Shown here in pieces: positions 27,054 to 38,800 of a DNA stretch of 64,000 nt (position 1 is the first letter of the stretch; each line of letters opens with the position of its first letter). The notes beneath the pieces were generated by a model. It made no database searches. It saw only the letters and a program-made list of their open reading frames with translations, and was not told the DNA's origin. The DNA is taken from NCBI RefSeq assembly GCF_009914755.1, contig NC_060935.1. One strand, written 5' to 3'. The position numbers were made by a program, and so were the translations under genes. Origin of the DNA: the human T2T-CHM13v2.0 reference genome, Homo sapiens.

Positions 27054-29812
27054 TGGCAGCCTCTGCCACTCCTCCTAATCCCATCCCTTTACAATGGAAA
27101 TCTGACACACCCATTTGGATTCAGCAGTGGCCGCTTTCTAAAGAAAAACTGGAGGCTTTAACTCACTTGGTTTCTGAACAGTTACAACTTGGAAATGTGC
27201 AACCTTCTTTTTCCTCCTGGAATTCTCCTGTGTTTCTAGTAAAAAAGAAATCAAGGAAGTGGCAGATGGTAACTGATTTAAGGGTCAATAATGCTGTAAT
27301 TAAACCTATGGGGGAAGTCCAACCCAGCATGCCTGCCCCGGCTTTAATACCTAAAAATTGGCCTCTCATAGTTATTGATTTTAAAGATTGTTTTTTTGTT
27401 TGCATATTTTTTTCTTTACATAATTGTTTTTTTCTTTACATAAATCAGATTGTGAAAAATTTGCTTTTACTATACCATCTATCAATAATCAAGAGCCTGC
27501 AGCTCATTATCAATGGAAAGTACTTCCTCTTTCCATTTCGCAATGGAAATAAATAAATATCATTTCTATTTAGCAATGGAATGCTAAATAGCCCTAAAAT
27601 CTGCCAGCTTTATGTTGGACAAGTGCTTTCACCAGTTCGAGCCCTATTTCCCCAAACCTATATTTTTCATTATATTGATGGTATTTTAGTTGCTGCCCCC
27701 ACAGATAAAGAATTAATTGACTCTTATCAAAGTTTGAACCACTGTGTTACAGAGGCTCGATTACATATTGCTCAGGATAAAATTCAACATACCACTCCTG
27801 TTCAATATTTAGAAATGGTGGTCGATAAGCAACATGTTCAACCTGAAAAAGTTTAAATTAGGAGAGATTCTTTGAAAACTTTAAATGACTTCCAAAAACT
27901 TTTGGGTAATAGTAATTATTTAAGACCTACTTTATGCATTCTGAACTATGCACTGTCTAACTTGTTTTCTATGCTGAGGGGAGATTCTAATCTCCACAGT
28001 CCCAAGACGTTGACCCCTGAGGCTTCAGTAGACCTGGAATTCAAAGAGGAAAGAATCCAGACCACCCAGTTATCTAGAGTACAGCCATTTCATCCTTTTC
28101 AGCTTCTGATTTTTGCTTCATTATACTCCACTACTGGACTAATAGTTCAACATAATGATTCAGTGGAGTGTTGTTTTCTTTCTCATTCTGTGTCAAAAAC
28201 TTTTTCTGTTTATCTAGATCAAATGGCCACTCTAATTGGACAGGCATGGTGTAGAATACTTAAAATTTTTCTATTTGATCTGAATTTAATTGTGGTTCCT
28301 TTAAATCAGCTCGAAGTTCAAGTCACCTTTCAACATTCCGTACTGTGGCAAATTCACTTGGCTGATTTTATTGGCCTTATTGATCATCATTGTACAAAGA
28401 ACAAATTGTTTGATTTTGTAAAAATTACGTCTTGGATGGTCCCTCAATTAACCAAAGCCCAGCCCATTCCTGAGGCTGTTACAGTGTTCACTGATGTTCA
28501 CTGATGGCTCCAGTAATGGCAGTGCTGGTTATGTAGGTCCTACAGATGAGCTTATTTCTAGCTCTTTTACCTCTACTCAAAAGGCAGAGTTAATTGCTAT
28601 GCTTACTGCCTTACGGGATTTCCCCAAACCTTTAAATATTATCTCAGATTCTGCTTATGTTGTACATGCCACTAAAATACAGAAACTTCTACTATCAAAC
28701 ATATTGATAATTCTGAATTGCCTTCTTTATTTTAAAGGTTACAACAGGCTGTTCACCAATGTAGACACCCTTTCTATATTACGCATATTAGATCTCATAC
28801 CACTTTACCAGGACCCATGTCTGCTGGTAATCATAAAGTTGACTCTTTTGTATCTTTTGCAACCCAAGAAGCTCAGGAGTTCCATAATCTCACTCAGGTC
28901 AATGCTGCTGGATTAAAAGATAAATTTGCTCTTACCTGGAAACAGGCTAAGCTTATTGTTCACAGCTGTCCTCAGTGCCAAGTTTTTGTACTTCCAAATC
29001 AGGAACCTGGTGTTAATCCCAAGGCCTAAATCCTAATGATTTATGGCAAATGGATGTGAGCCATGTTAGGTCCTTTGGCAGACTGTCATATGTGCATGTC
29101 TCTGTAGATACATTCTCAGGTTTTATCTGGGCTACTTGCCAAACAGGGGAAGGCATGGCCCGTGTTAAAAAACATCTGTGTACTTGCTTTGCAGTTATGG
29201 GTCTTCCACATCAAATAAAGACAGACAATGCCCCTGGATATGTTAGTAAGGCTTTTGATTTATTTATACAACAGTGGGGAATTTCCCATATTACTGGAAT
29301 CCATTATAATCCTCAGGGACAAGCTGTGGTGGAGCAGGCCAATCACGCTTTAAAAACCCAATTGTCCAAACAGTCTGAACAACCAAAACATAATTTAACT
29401 ACCCCCCACTCCCAATTACATTTGGCATTGTTTACTTTAAATTTTTTTTAATGTTCCTAAAGATAATAATCTAACTGCAGCCAAATGCCATTATACAGGC
29501 AAAAAATTCTCCCTAAATGAAGGCAATCCAAAGTTATGGAAAAATTCCCAAACCAATACGTGAGAATATGGCACAATTATAACGTGGGGAAGGGGATATG
29601 CTTGTGTTTCACCAGGAGATCTGGTCTGGGTACCCATCAGGAGACTCAAGCTTCAGGTGAATACTGACCATGAAAACCACAGAGAAAAGATATCCGTGTT
29701 AGAGACTGCCCTCAGATGTGGTGAGTTCTGGGTCAACTCCTTAGAACCTGGCACACCAAATCACAATGGGTCTGATTCAATCCTCCCTGATGGCAATGGA
29801 GACCCATCTAAC
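27053..29812 (+). pseudogene. pol: pol (RT, RNase H, integrase), disrupted
   Basis: [29 protein letters not shown] (YIDD mutated), FTDGSS, HHCC zinc finger, WQMDV and KTDNAPGY integrase motifs. 3' end approximate. Confidence 0.92.
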
Positions 29813-31770
29813 TAATCTCACTTCTCCTGATTACCTTTTTTTCTCCTTACAAACCTAAAAATCTCACTATTTCTATTAGCCTAAAAATGTGAACCCCCTG
29901 TTCTTCTTTCTCCTTCAGCACTCAATCTCACTTACAATAGGTTTTATTTAATGATTCTCCTCTTTATACTTTCTGTCTCAACGGTTTCCTCTCACAGTGA
30001 TTTACGTGCTACACAAAATTATTCTTATTGGGCTTATGTGCCTTTTCCTCCACTGATTTGACCTCTCACCTGGATGGATTCTCCTGCAAAAACCTACACT
30101 AACAATAGTGTGTGGATGCCTGGAGCTACAGATGACCATTGCCGTGCTCAACCAGGAAAAGAAGGCACTGCATTTGATATTACCATGGGTTATAAATACC
30201 CCCCTCTGTGCCTCGGACATTTGCCTGGTTGTATCCATCTAAAAACTCAAGTCTGAGATGCTTATCTTCCGTATAGGTCAGCTACAGAGGAACCGGTACA
30301 TTTGGTCTCTGGCCTCTCCCTATCTCCTTTAAAACGAATGAAAGTGGGAGTAATGGGAGATACCCCATACTTTCAATATAAACCTGCAGGAAAGCCATGC
30401 CCTAAACATTATAAGGGTCCATCTAAAACTTTAACTTGGGAAGATTTTGTTAACTCACATGCAGTAATATTAAAAAATGACTCATATTGTTGGTAATAGA
30501 CTGGGAACCAAAGGGCTATTTAAAAAACAATTGCTCCTCTGTCAGAACGGAATGCCTGGAGGCTATTTATTTCATTTCTTAACGGGACAATGAGAATCAT
30601 CATTCTGCTTTGCATATGAGGTTCAGCTCATTCTTTCCCTTAAAATGGGAAGATAAATCTTTTACCCCCACTCCCCTCCCTGAGGCCTCATATAATACTC
30701 CCGATTCTGAGCCCAGAATACTCAGAAGCTTGGAAATTGGCTATTGCTATGTCTGAACTGCAAGTATGGGAAGGGGAAACTATGCAGTTTGTTTTTCCCA
30801 CTACCGCTCCTATCTCTCAGTAGCAATGTAGACCCAGACATTCTGCTTTACTTACTTCCAAACTGACTATTCCTATACAGAGTTGTGTTAAGCCTCCTTA
30901 CATACTGTTAGTGGGAAATATCAAAATTTGGACAAACAATCAAACTGTCCAATGCATTAATTGTCATTTATACAGTTGTATTAACTCCCATTTTGACTCC
31001 AGGAAAAGAGTAACGTTGGTTCAAGCTCGAGAAGGAATCCGGATTCTGGTAACTGCCCAGACATTGGGAATCCTCTCCCTCAATACATTTAATTAATGAA
31101 GTGTTACAGTGAATTCTAAAAAGATCTAAGAGATTTGTTTTCACTTTAATCGCTGTGATCATGGGCCTAATTATAGTCACTGCAATGGTGACCACTACTG
31201 GAATGGCATCACACCAATCTATTCAAAAGGCTCATTTTGTTAATGATTGGCAAGCCAATTCCACCCAAATGTGGAATTCTCAACAAGGCATTGATCAAAA
31301 ATTGGCTAATCAAATTAATGATTTAAGACAGTCTGTTATTTGGCTTGGAGATTGGGTAGTGAGTCTTGAACATCACATCCAAATGCAGTCTGTTTGGAAC
31401 ACTCCTGATTTCTGTATCACCATGTATTCCTATAATGAGACTGATCATGGCAAATGGTGAAAGGACGCCTTTCTGGTAGGGAAGATAATTTATCATTGGA
31501 CATAACTAAATTAAAGAAACAAACTTGTGAAGCCTCTCAAGCTCATTTAACCATTGTGCCTGGAGCAGAGGCATTAGATCAGGTGCAGAAAATATTTCTG
31601 GATTAAACCCCACGACTTGGATTAAGTCTGTTGGGGGATCCACTGTAGTAAATTTTGGAAATATGTTTCTCTGTTTAATTCGCTTGTCTTTAGTGTGCTG
31701 GACCAGTCAAAGAATCTTGCATGAAAATTGAGAGAACAAACAAGCCTTCATCACCATGGCGCATTTTTAT
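29700..31770 (+). pseudogene. env: env (SU/TM), disrupted
   Basis: YWAYVPFPP-like and GYKYPPLCLG SU motifs; furin site RSKR near 31122-31133 followed by a hydrophobic fusion peptide; TM motif [24 protein letters not shown]. Start approximate. Confidence 0.88.
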
Positions 31771-31787
31771 GGAAAGAAAGGGAGAGA
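31771..31787 (+). promoter_or_regulatory. Polypurine tract
   Basis: ggaaagaaagggagaga lies immediately before the 3' LTR. Confidence 0.9.
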
Positions 31788-32852
31788 TGTTGTGGGAAGT
31801 CAGGGACCGTGAATGGAGGGACTGGCTGAAGCCATGGCAGAAGAACATAAATAGTGAATATTTCATGGACATCTATTAGTTCCCCAAATTAATACTTTTA
31901 TAATTCCTTACGCCTGTCTTTACTGCAATCTCTGAACCAAAATTGTGAAGATTTCATGGACATTTATCACTTCCCCAATCAATACTCTTGTGATTTCTTA
32001 TGCCTGTCCTTACTTTAATCTATTAATCTTCCTAAGTTGAAGATGTATGTCACCTCATACATAATGCAATAATGCAGTTATTGCATTAACTGTACAAATT
32101 GTTTAAACAATATGAAATCTGGGCACCTTGAAAAAAGAAAAGGATAACAGTGATAGTCAGGGAACAAGGGAGATAACCATTAGGTCTGGCTGCCTGAGAG
32201 CCAGGTGGAGCAGAGCCATATTTCTCTTCTTTCAAAAGCAAATAGGAGAAATATCACTGAATTCCTTTTCTTAGAAAGGAACAGTCCTGAGAAAGAATGC
32301 ATTCACAGGAGGAGGTCTCTCAAATGGCCACTCTGGTAATGTCTGACTTTACAGTTGAAGATAAGGGATGAAATAAGCCCCAGTCTCCTGTAGCACTCCC
32401 AGGCCTATTAGGATGAGAAAATTCCTGCCTAGTAAATATTGGTTAGACCGGTTGTCTGCTCTCAAACCCTGTCTCCTGAAAAGATGTTGTCAACAACAAT
32501 GCGTGCCCAAAACTTCATTAGCAATTTCAATTTCTCCCTGGTCCTGTGATCTCGCCCTGCCTCCGTTTGCCTTGTAATGTTTTATTACCTAGTGAAGCAT
32601 GTTATCTCTGTGATCCACACTCTATTCATACACTCCATCCCCTTTGAAAATCACTAATAAAAACTTGCTGGTTTTGTAGCTTCGGAGCATCAAGGAACCT
32701 GCCGATATGTGATGTCTCCCCCAGACACCCAGGTTTAAAATTTCTCTCTTTTGTATTACTTCTCTTTATTTCTCAGACTGGCCAACATTTAGGGAAATAG
32801 AAAAGAAACTACGTGAAATATGTTGAATTACTGGAGGTGGTTTCCCCTGATA
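31788..32852 (+). mobile_element. 3' LTR (MER11-type)
   Basis: Starts tgttgtgggaagtcaggg and ends cctgata. AATAAA at 32656-32661 is intact here but mutated in the 5' LTR. Confidence 0.93.
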
Positions 32853-35800
32853 ATTCAGTAGATTGGGAACACGTTTTTGGTAGGATCTGTGAAGGGATAT
32901 TTGGGAGCACATTGAGGGCTAAGGTGAAAAAGGGAATATCTTCAGATAAAAACTTGAAAGAAGCTTCCTGAAAAACCTCTGTGTGATGAGTGCATTCATC
33001 TCACAGAGTGAAACTTTCTTTAGACTCAACGATTTGGAAACACTGTTTTTGTAGAATCTGCAAAGGGATATTTGGGAGATCATTGAGGCCGAATGTGAAA
33101 GAGCAAATATCCCAGGATAAAAACCAGAAAGAAGGTATCTGAGAAACTGCTTTGTGATGTGTGCATTCATCTCACAGAGTTAAACCACGACTTCCATTAG
33201 GCAGTTTGGAAACACTGTTTTTGGAGAATCTGTGAAAGAATATTTGGGATCGCATTGAGGTCGATGGTTATAAAGGAAATACCTTCCGACAAAATCTAGA
33301 AAGAAGCTTTCTGAGAAACTGCTTTGGATGTGTGCATTCATCTCACAGAGTTAAAAGTTTCTTTGGATTCAGCAGTTTGGAAACACAGTTTTTGTCCTTT
33401 CTGCAAATGTACATTTGGGAGCTCACTGAGACCAATTGCGAAAAAGGGAATAACCCAGGAAAAAACTAGAAAGAAGCTATCTGAGAAACAGCTTGGTGAT
33501 GTGTGCATTTATCTTGCAGAGTTAAAGCTTTCTTTTAATTCAGCAGTTTGGAAAAACTGTTTTGTTAGAGTCTATGAAAGGATGTTTCAGCAGGCATTGA
33601 AGCCTATGGTGAAAAAGGAAAAATCTTCAGATGAAAAATAGAAAGAAGCTTTCTGAGAAACTGCTTTGTGATGTGTGTATTCATCTCACAGAGTTCAACC
33701 TTTCTTTGGTTTCAGCAGTTTGGAAACACTGTTTATTTCAATCTGTGAATGGACATTTTTCAGCTCATTTAGGCCAAATGTGAAAAAGCAAATATCCCAG
33801 CATAAAAACTAGAAGGAAGCTCTATGAGAAACCGCCTTCCTTTGTGTGCATTCATCTCACAGAGTTAAACTGATCTTTTCATTCAGCAGTTTGGAAACAC
33901 TGTTTTTTAGATTCTGCAAAGGGATATTTGGGAGCACTTTGAGGCCTATAGTGAGAAAGGAAATATATTCAGATAAAACTGGAAAGAAGCATTCTGAGAA
34001 ACAACTTTGTGCTGTATGCATTCATCTCACAGAATTAAAGGTTTCCTTGGATTCAGCAGTTTGGAAACACTCTTTTGTCCATTCTGCGAATGGACTTTAG
34101 GGAGCTCATTGAGGCCAATGACCAAAAAAGTGAATATCCCAGGATTAAAAACTAGAAGGAAGTTATCTGAGAAACTGCTTTGTGATGTGTGCATTCATCT
34201 TGCAGAGTTAAACCTTTCTTTTCATTCAGCAGTTTGGAAACCCTGTTTTGGTAGAATCTGTGAAGGAATATTTAGGAGTGCATTGAGGCCTAAGTTGAAA
34301 AAGGAAATATCTTGAGATAAAAACTAGAAAGAAGCTTAGTGAGAAACTGCTTTGTGATGTGTGCATTCATCTCAGAGAGGTAAACCTTTCTTTATATTCA
34401 GCAATTTCAAAGCAATGTTTTTGTAGAGTCTGCAACAGGATATTTGAGAGCAAATTTTGACCAAAGGCAAAAAAGCAAATATCCCAGGATAAAAACTAGA
34501 AGGAAGCTATCTGAGAAACTGCTTTGTGATGGGTACCTTCATCTCACAGAGTTAAACGTTATTTTTCATTCTGCAGTTTGGAAACACTGTTTTTGTAGAG
34601 TCTGCAGAGGGATATTTGGGAGCATTTGAGGCGTATAGTGAAAAAGGAAATATCTTCAGATAAAATCTCAAAAGAAGCTTTCTGAGAAACTATTTTGTTA
34701 TACGTGCTTTCATCTCAAACAGTTAAACCTTTCTTTTGGTTGAGCAGTTTGGAAACACTGTTTTTGTTCCTCTGCAAATGGATATTTGGGAGCTCATTGA
34801 GACCAATGGCAAAACAGGGAATAACCCAGGATAAAAACTAGAAAGAAGCTATCTGAGAAACCGCATTGTGATGTATGCATTCATCTCACAGAGTTACAGT
34901 TTTCTTTTCATTCAGCATGTTGTAAATCCTATTTAGGTAGAATCTGCAAAGGGATATTTGGGAGTACATTGAGGGCTATGGTGAAAAAGGAAATATATCC
35001 ATATAAAAACTAGAAAGAAGCTTTCTGTGAAACTGCTTTGTTATGTGTGGTTTTATCTCAAATAGTTAAACATTTCCTTTGATTCAGCAGTTTGTAAACA
35101 CTGTTTTTGTTCATTCTGCAATTGGACATTTGAGAGCTCATTGAGGCCAATGGTGAAAAAGTGAGTATTCCAGGTTATAAACTAGAAAATTCTATCTGAG
35201 GAACCTCTTTTTGATATGAGCATTCATCATGCAGATGTAAAGCTTTATTTTCATTCAGCAGTTTGGAAACACTCTTTTGGTAGAAACTGCAAAGGAATAT
35301 TTGGGAGCACATTGTGGCCTATGCTGAAGAAGGAAAAAATTTCAGATGAAAACTAGAAAGAGGTTTTTGATATACTACTTTGTGATGTGTGCATTCATCT
35401 CACAGTATTAAACCTTTCTTTGGATTCAGCAGTTTGGAAACACTGTTGTTGTAGAATCTGCTAAGGGGTATTTCATAGCTAAGTGAGGGAATAGGCAAAA
35501 AAGTGAATATTCCAGGTTAAAAACGAGAAAAAATCTGTTGGGAAAACCGCTTTGTGATGTGTGCATTCATCTCACAGAGTTAAACCTTTCTTTTCATTCA
35601 GCAGTTTGGAAACACTGTTTTTGTAAAGTCTGCAAAGGGATATTTGGGAGCACATTGAGGCCAATGTTAAAAAAGGAAGTATCTTCAGATAAAAATTGAA
35701 AGAAATATTCTGAGAAACTGCTTTTTGATGTAGCACTCATCTCACAGTGTTAAACATTTCTTTGGATTCAGGAGTTTGGAAACACTGTTTTTGTCCATTC

Positions 35801-38800
35801 TGCGAATGGACATTTGTGAGGTAATTGAGGCCAATGATGAAAAAGGGAATATCCCATGATAAAAACTAGAAGAAATCTATCTGAGAAACTGCTTTATGAT
35901 GTTTGCATTCATCTCACATAGTTAAACTTCTGCTTTCATTCAGCAGTTTGGAAACGCTGTTTTGTTAGAATAAGTAAAGGGGTATTTGGGAGCGCATTGA
36001 ATCCTATGGTGAAACAGGCAATATCTTCAGATCAAAAGTAAAGAGAAGCTTTCTGAGAAACTGCTTTGTGATGTATGCATTCTTCTCACAGAATTAAACC
36101 TTTCTTCAGAATTGGCAGTTTGGAAACACTGTGTTTGTAGAATCTACGAAGATATTTTAGATAGCTCATTGAGGGCATATGGCAAAAAGTGAATATCCCA
36201 GGATTAAAACTGGAAAGAAGCTATCCGAGAAACCGCTCTGTGATGTGTATATTCATCTCACAGTGTTAAACATTTATTTTCTTTCAGTAGATGGAAACAC
36301 TGTTTTTATAGAATCTGCCAAGAGATATTTAGAAGCGCATTGAGACCTATGGTGAAAAAGGAAACATCTTCAGATAAAAACTAGAAGGAAGGTGTCTGAG
36401 AAGCCACTTTGTAATGTGTGCATTCACCTCGCAGACTTAAACCTATCTTTTAATTCAGCAGTCTGGATTCACTGTTTTTGCAGAATCTGTGAAAGGATAT
36501 TTGGGAGCCCATTCTGGCCTAAGGTGAAAAAGGAAATATTTTCAGATAAAAACTAGAAGGAAGCCTTCTAAGAAACTACTTTGTGATGCGGGCATTCATC
36601 TCACTGAATTAAACATTTCTTTGGATTCAGCTGTTTGGAAACACTGTTTTTCTCCATTCTGTGAAAGGACATTTGGGAGCTCTTTCAGGCCAATGATGAA
36701 AAAGAAAATATCCCAGGATAAAAACTGGAAGGATGCTATCTGAGAAGCTGCTTTGTTATGTGGGCTTTCATCTCACAGAGTTAACCTCTCTTTTCATTCA
36801 ACAGTTTGTAAACACTGTTTTGGTTGTATCTGTTAAGGGCTATTTGGGAGCACATTGAGGCCTACGGTGAAAAAGGAAATGTCTTCATATAAAAACTGGA
36901 AAGAAGCTTTCTGAGAAACTGCTTTGTGATGTGTGCCTTCATCTCACAGAGTTAAACCATTCTCTGGAATCAGCAGTTTGGAAACACGTTTTTGTCCATT
37001 CTGCAAATGGAATTTTGGGAGTTCATTGAGAACAATGGTAAAAAAGCAAATTTCCCAGGATAAAAACTAGAAAGAAGCTATCTGAGACACTGCTTTGTTA
37101 CATGTGCATACAACTTGGAGAGATAAATGTATCTTTTCATTCAACAGTTTGGAAACTCTGTTTTTGTAGAATCTGCAAAGGGATATTTCAGAGTGCATTG
37201 AGGCCTATGGTGAAAAAGAAATTATCTTCAGAAGAAAACTAGGAAGAGGCTTTCTGAGAAACTACTGTGTGATGTGTTCATTCATCTCACAGAGTTAAAA
37301 CATTCTTTGGATTCAGCAGTTTGGAATCACTGTTTTTGTCTATTCTGTGAATGGACATTTGGGAGCTCATTGAGGCCAATGGCAAAAAAGCGAATATCCC
37401 AGGATTAAAACGAGAAGAAAGATATGCGAGAAACTGCTTTGTGATGAATGCATTCATCTCACAGAGGCGAACCTTGCTTTTTTCCTTTAGCCATTGGGAA
37501 ACACTGTTTTGGCAGAATCTGGGAAGGGATATTTGGAAGTGCATTGAGGCCTATGGTAAAAAAGAAAATATCTTCAGATAAAAACTAGAAAGGAGCTTTC
37601 TGAGAAACTGCTTTGTGATGTGTGCATTCATCTCACAGAGTTAAACGATTCTTTGGATTCTGCAGTTTGGAAACACTGTTTCTGTAGAATCTGTGGAGGG
37701 ATATTTGGGAGCTCATTGAGGCCAATGGTGAAAAACAAAATATCCCAAGATAAAAACTAGAAGGAAGTTATTTGAGACACCACTTTGTGATATATGCATA
37801 CATCTCACATAGTTAAACCTTTCTCTTCATTCAGCAGATGGGAAACATTGTTTCTGTGGAATCTGCAAAGGGATATGTTGGAGTGCATTGAGGCCTATGG
37901 TGAAAAAGGAAATATCTTCAGATAAAAACTACAAAGAAGCTTTCTGAGAAACCGCTTTGTGATGTGTGCATTCATCTCACAGAGATAAAGCATTCCTTGG
38001 ATTTAGCAGTTTGGAAACACCGTTTTTGTAAAAGTTGGGAAGGCAAATTTTATATCTCATTGAGGCCAATGGCAAAAAAGTGAATATCCCGGGATAAAAC
38101 CTAGAAGGAATCTATCTGAGAAGCTGTTTTATGATGTGTGCATTCATCTCACAGTTAAACATTTCTTTTCATTGAACACTTTGGAAACACTGATTTGGTA
38201 GTATCTACAAAGGGATATTTCAGAGCGCATTGAAGTCTACGGTGAAAAAGGAAATATCTTCAGGTAAAAAACTGAAAGAAGATTTCTGAGAAACTGCTTT
38301 GTGATGTGTGCGTTCATCTCACAGAGTTAAACCTTTCTTTGGATTCTGCAGTTTGGAAACACTGTTTTTGTACATTCTGCGTATGGACATTTGGGAGTTC
38401 ATTGAGGCCTATGGTGGAAAAGTGAATATCCCAGGATAAGAACCAGATGGAAGCTATCTGAGAAACTGCTTTGTGATGTATGCATACATCTTGCATAGTT
38501 AAACCTTTCTTTTCATTCAGCAGTTTGGAAACACCGGTTTTGTAGATTCTGTGAAGGGATATTTAGGAGCACATTGAGGCCTATGGTGAAAAAGGAAATA
38601 TCTTCAGATAAAAGTAGAAAGAAGCTTTCTCAGAAACTGCCTTGTGATGTGTGCATTCATCTTACAGAGTTAAGTGTTTGTTGGACTCAACAGATTGGAA
38701 ACACTGTTTTTGTATAATCTGTCAGGGATTTTTGAGAGCTCATTGAGGCCAAAGGCAAAGGAGAGAATATCCCAGGATCAAAACTAGAAGGAAACTATCT

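Larger units (their letters stand above)
22957..32852 (+). mobile_element. HERV-K(HML-8)/HERVK11 provirus with MER11 LTRs, near full length, defective
   Basis: LTR-PBS-gag-pro-pol-env-PPT-LTR organisation, betaretroviral protein motifs, and the MER11-type LTR start tgttgcgggaagtcagg. Confidence 0.93.

Noticed and set aside
27872-29451. Longer HERV pol ORFs (210, 140, 133 aa) as domesticated genes
   Set aside because: They are fragments between frameshifts, including a 10-bp duplication at 28485-28504. RT YIDD is mutated to YIDG and the integrase is split.
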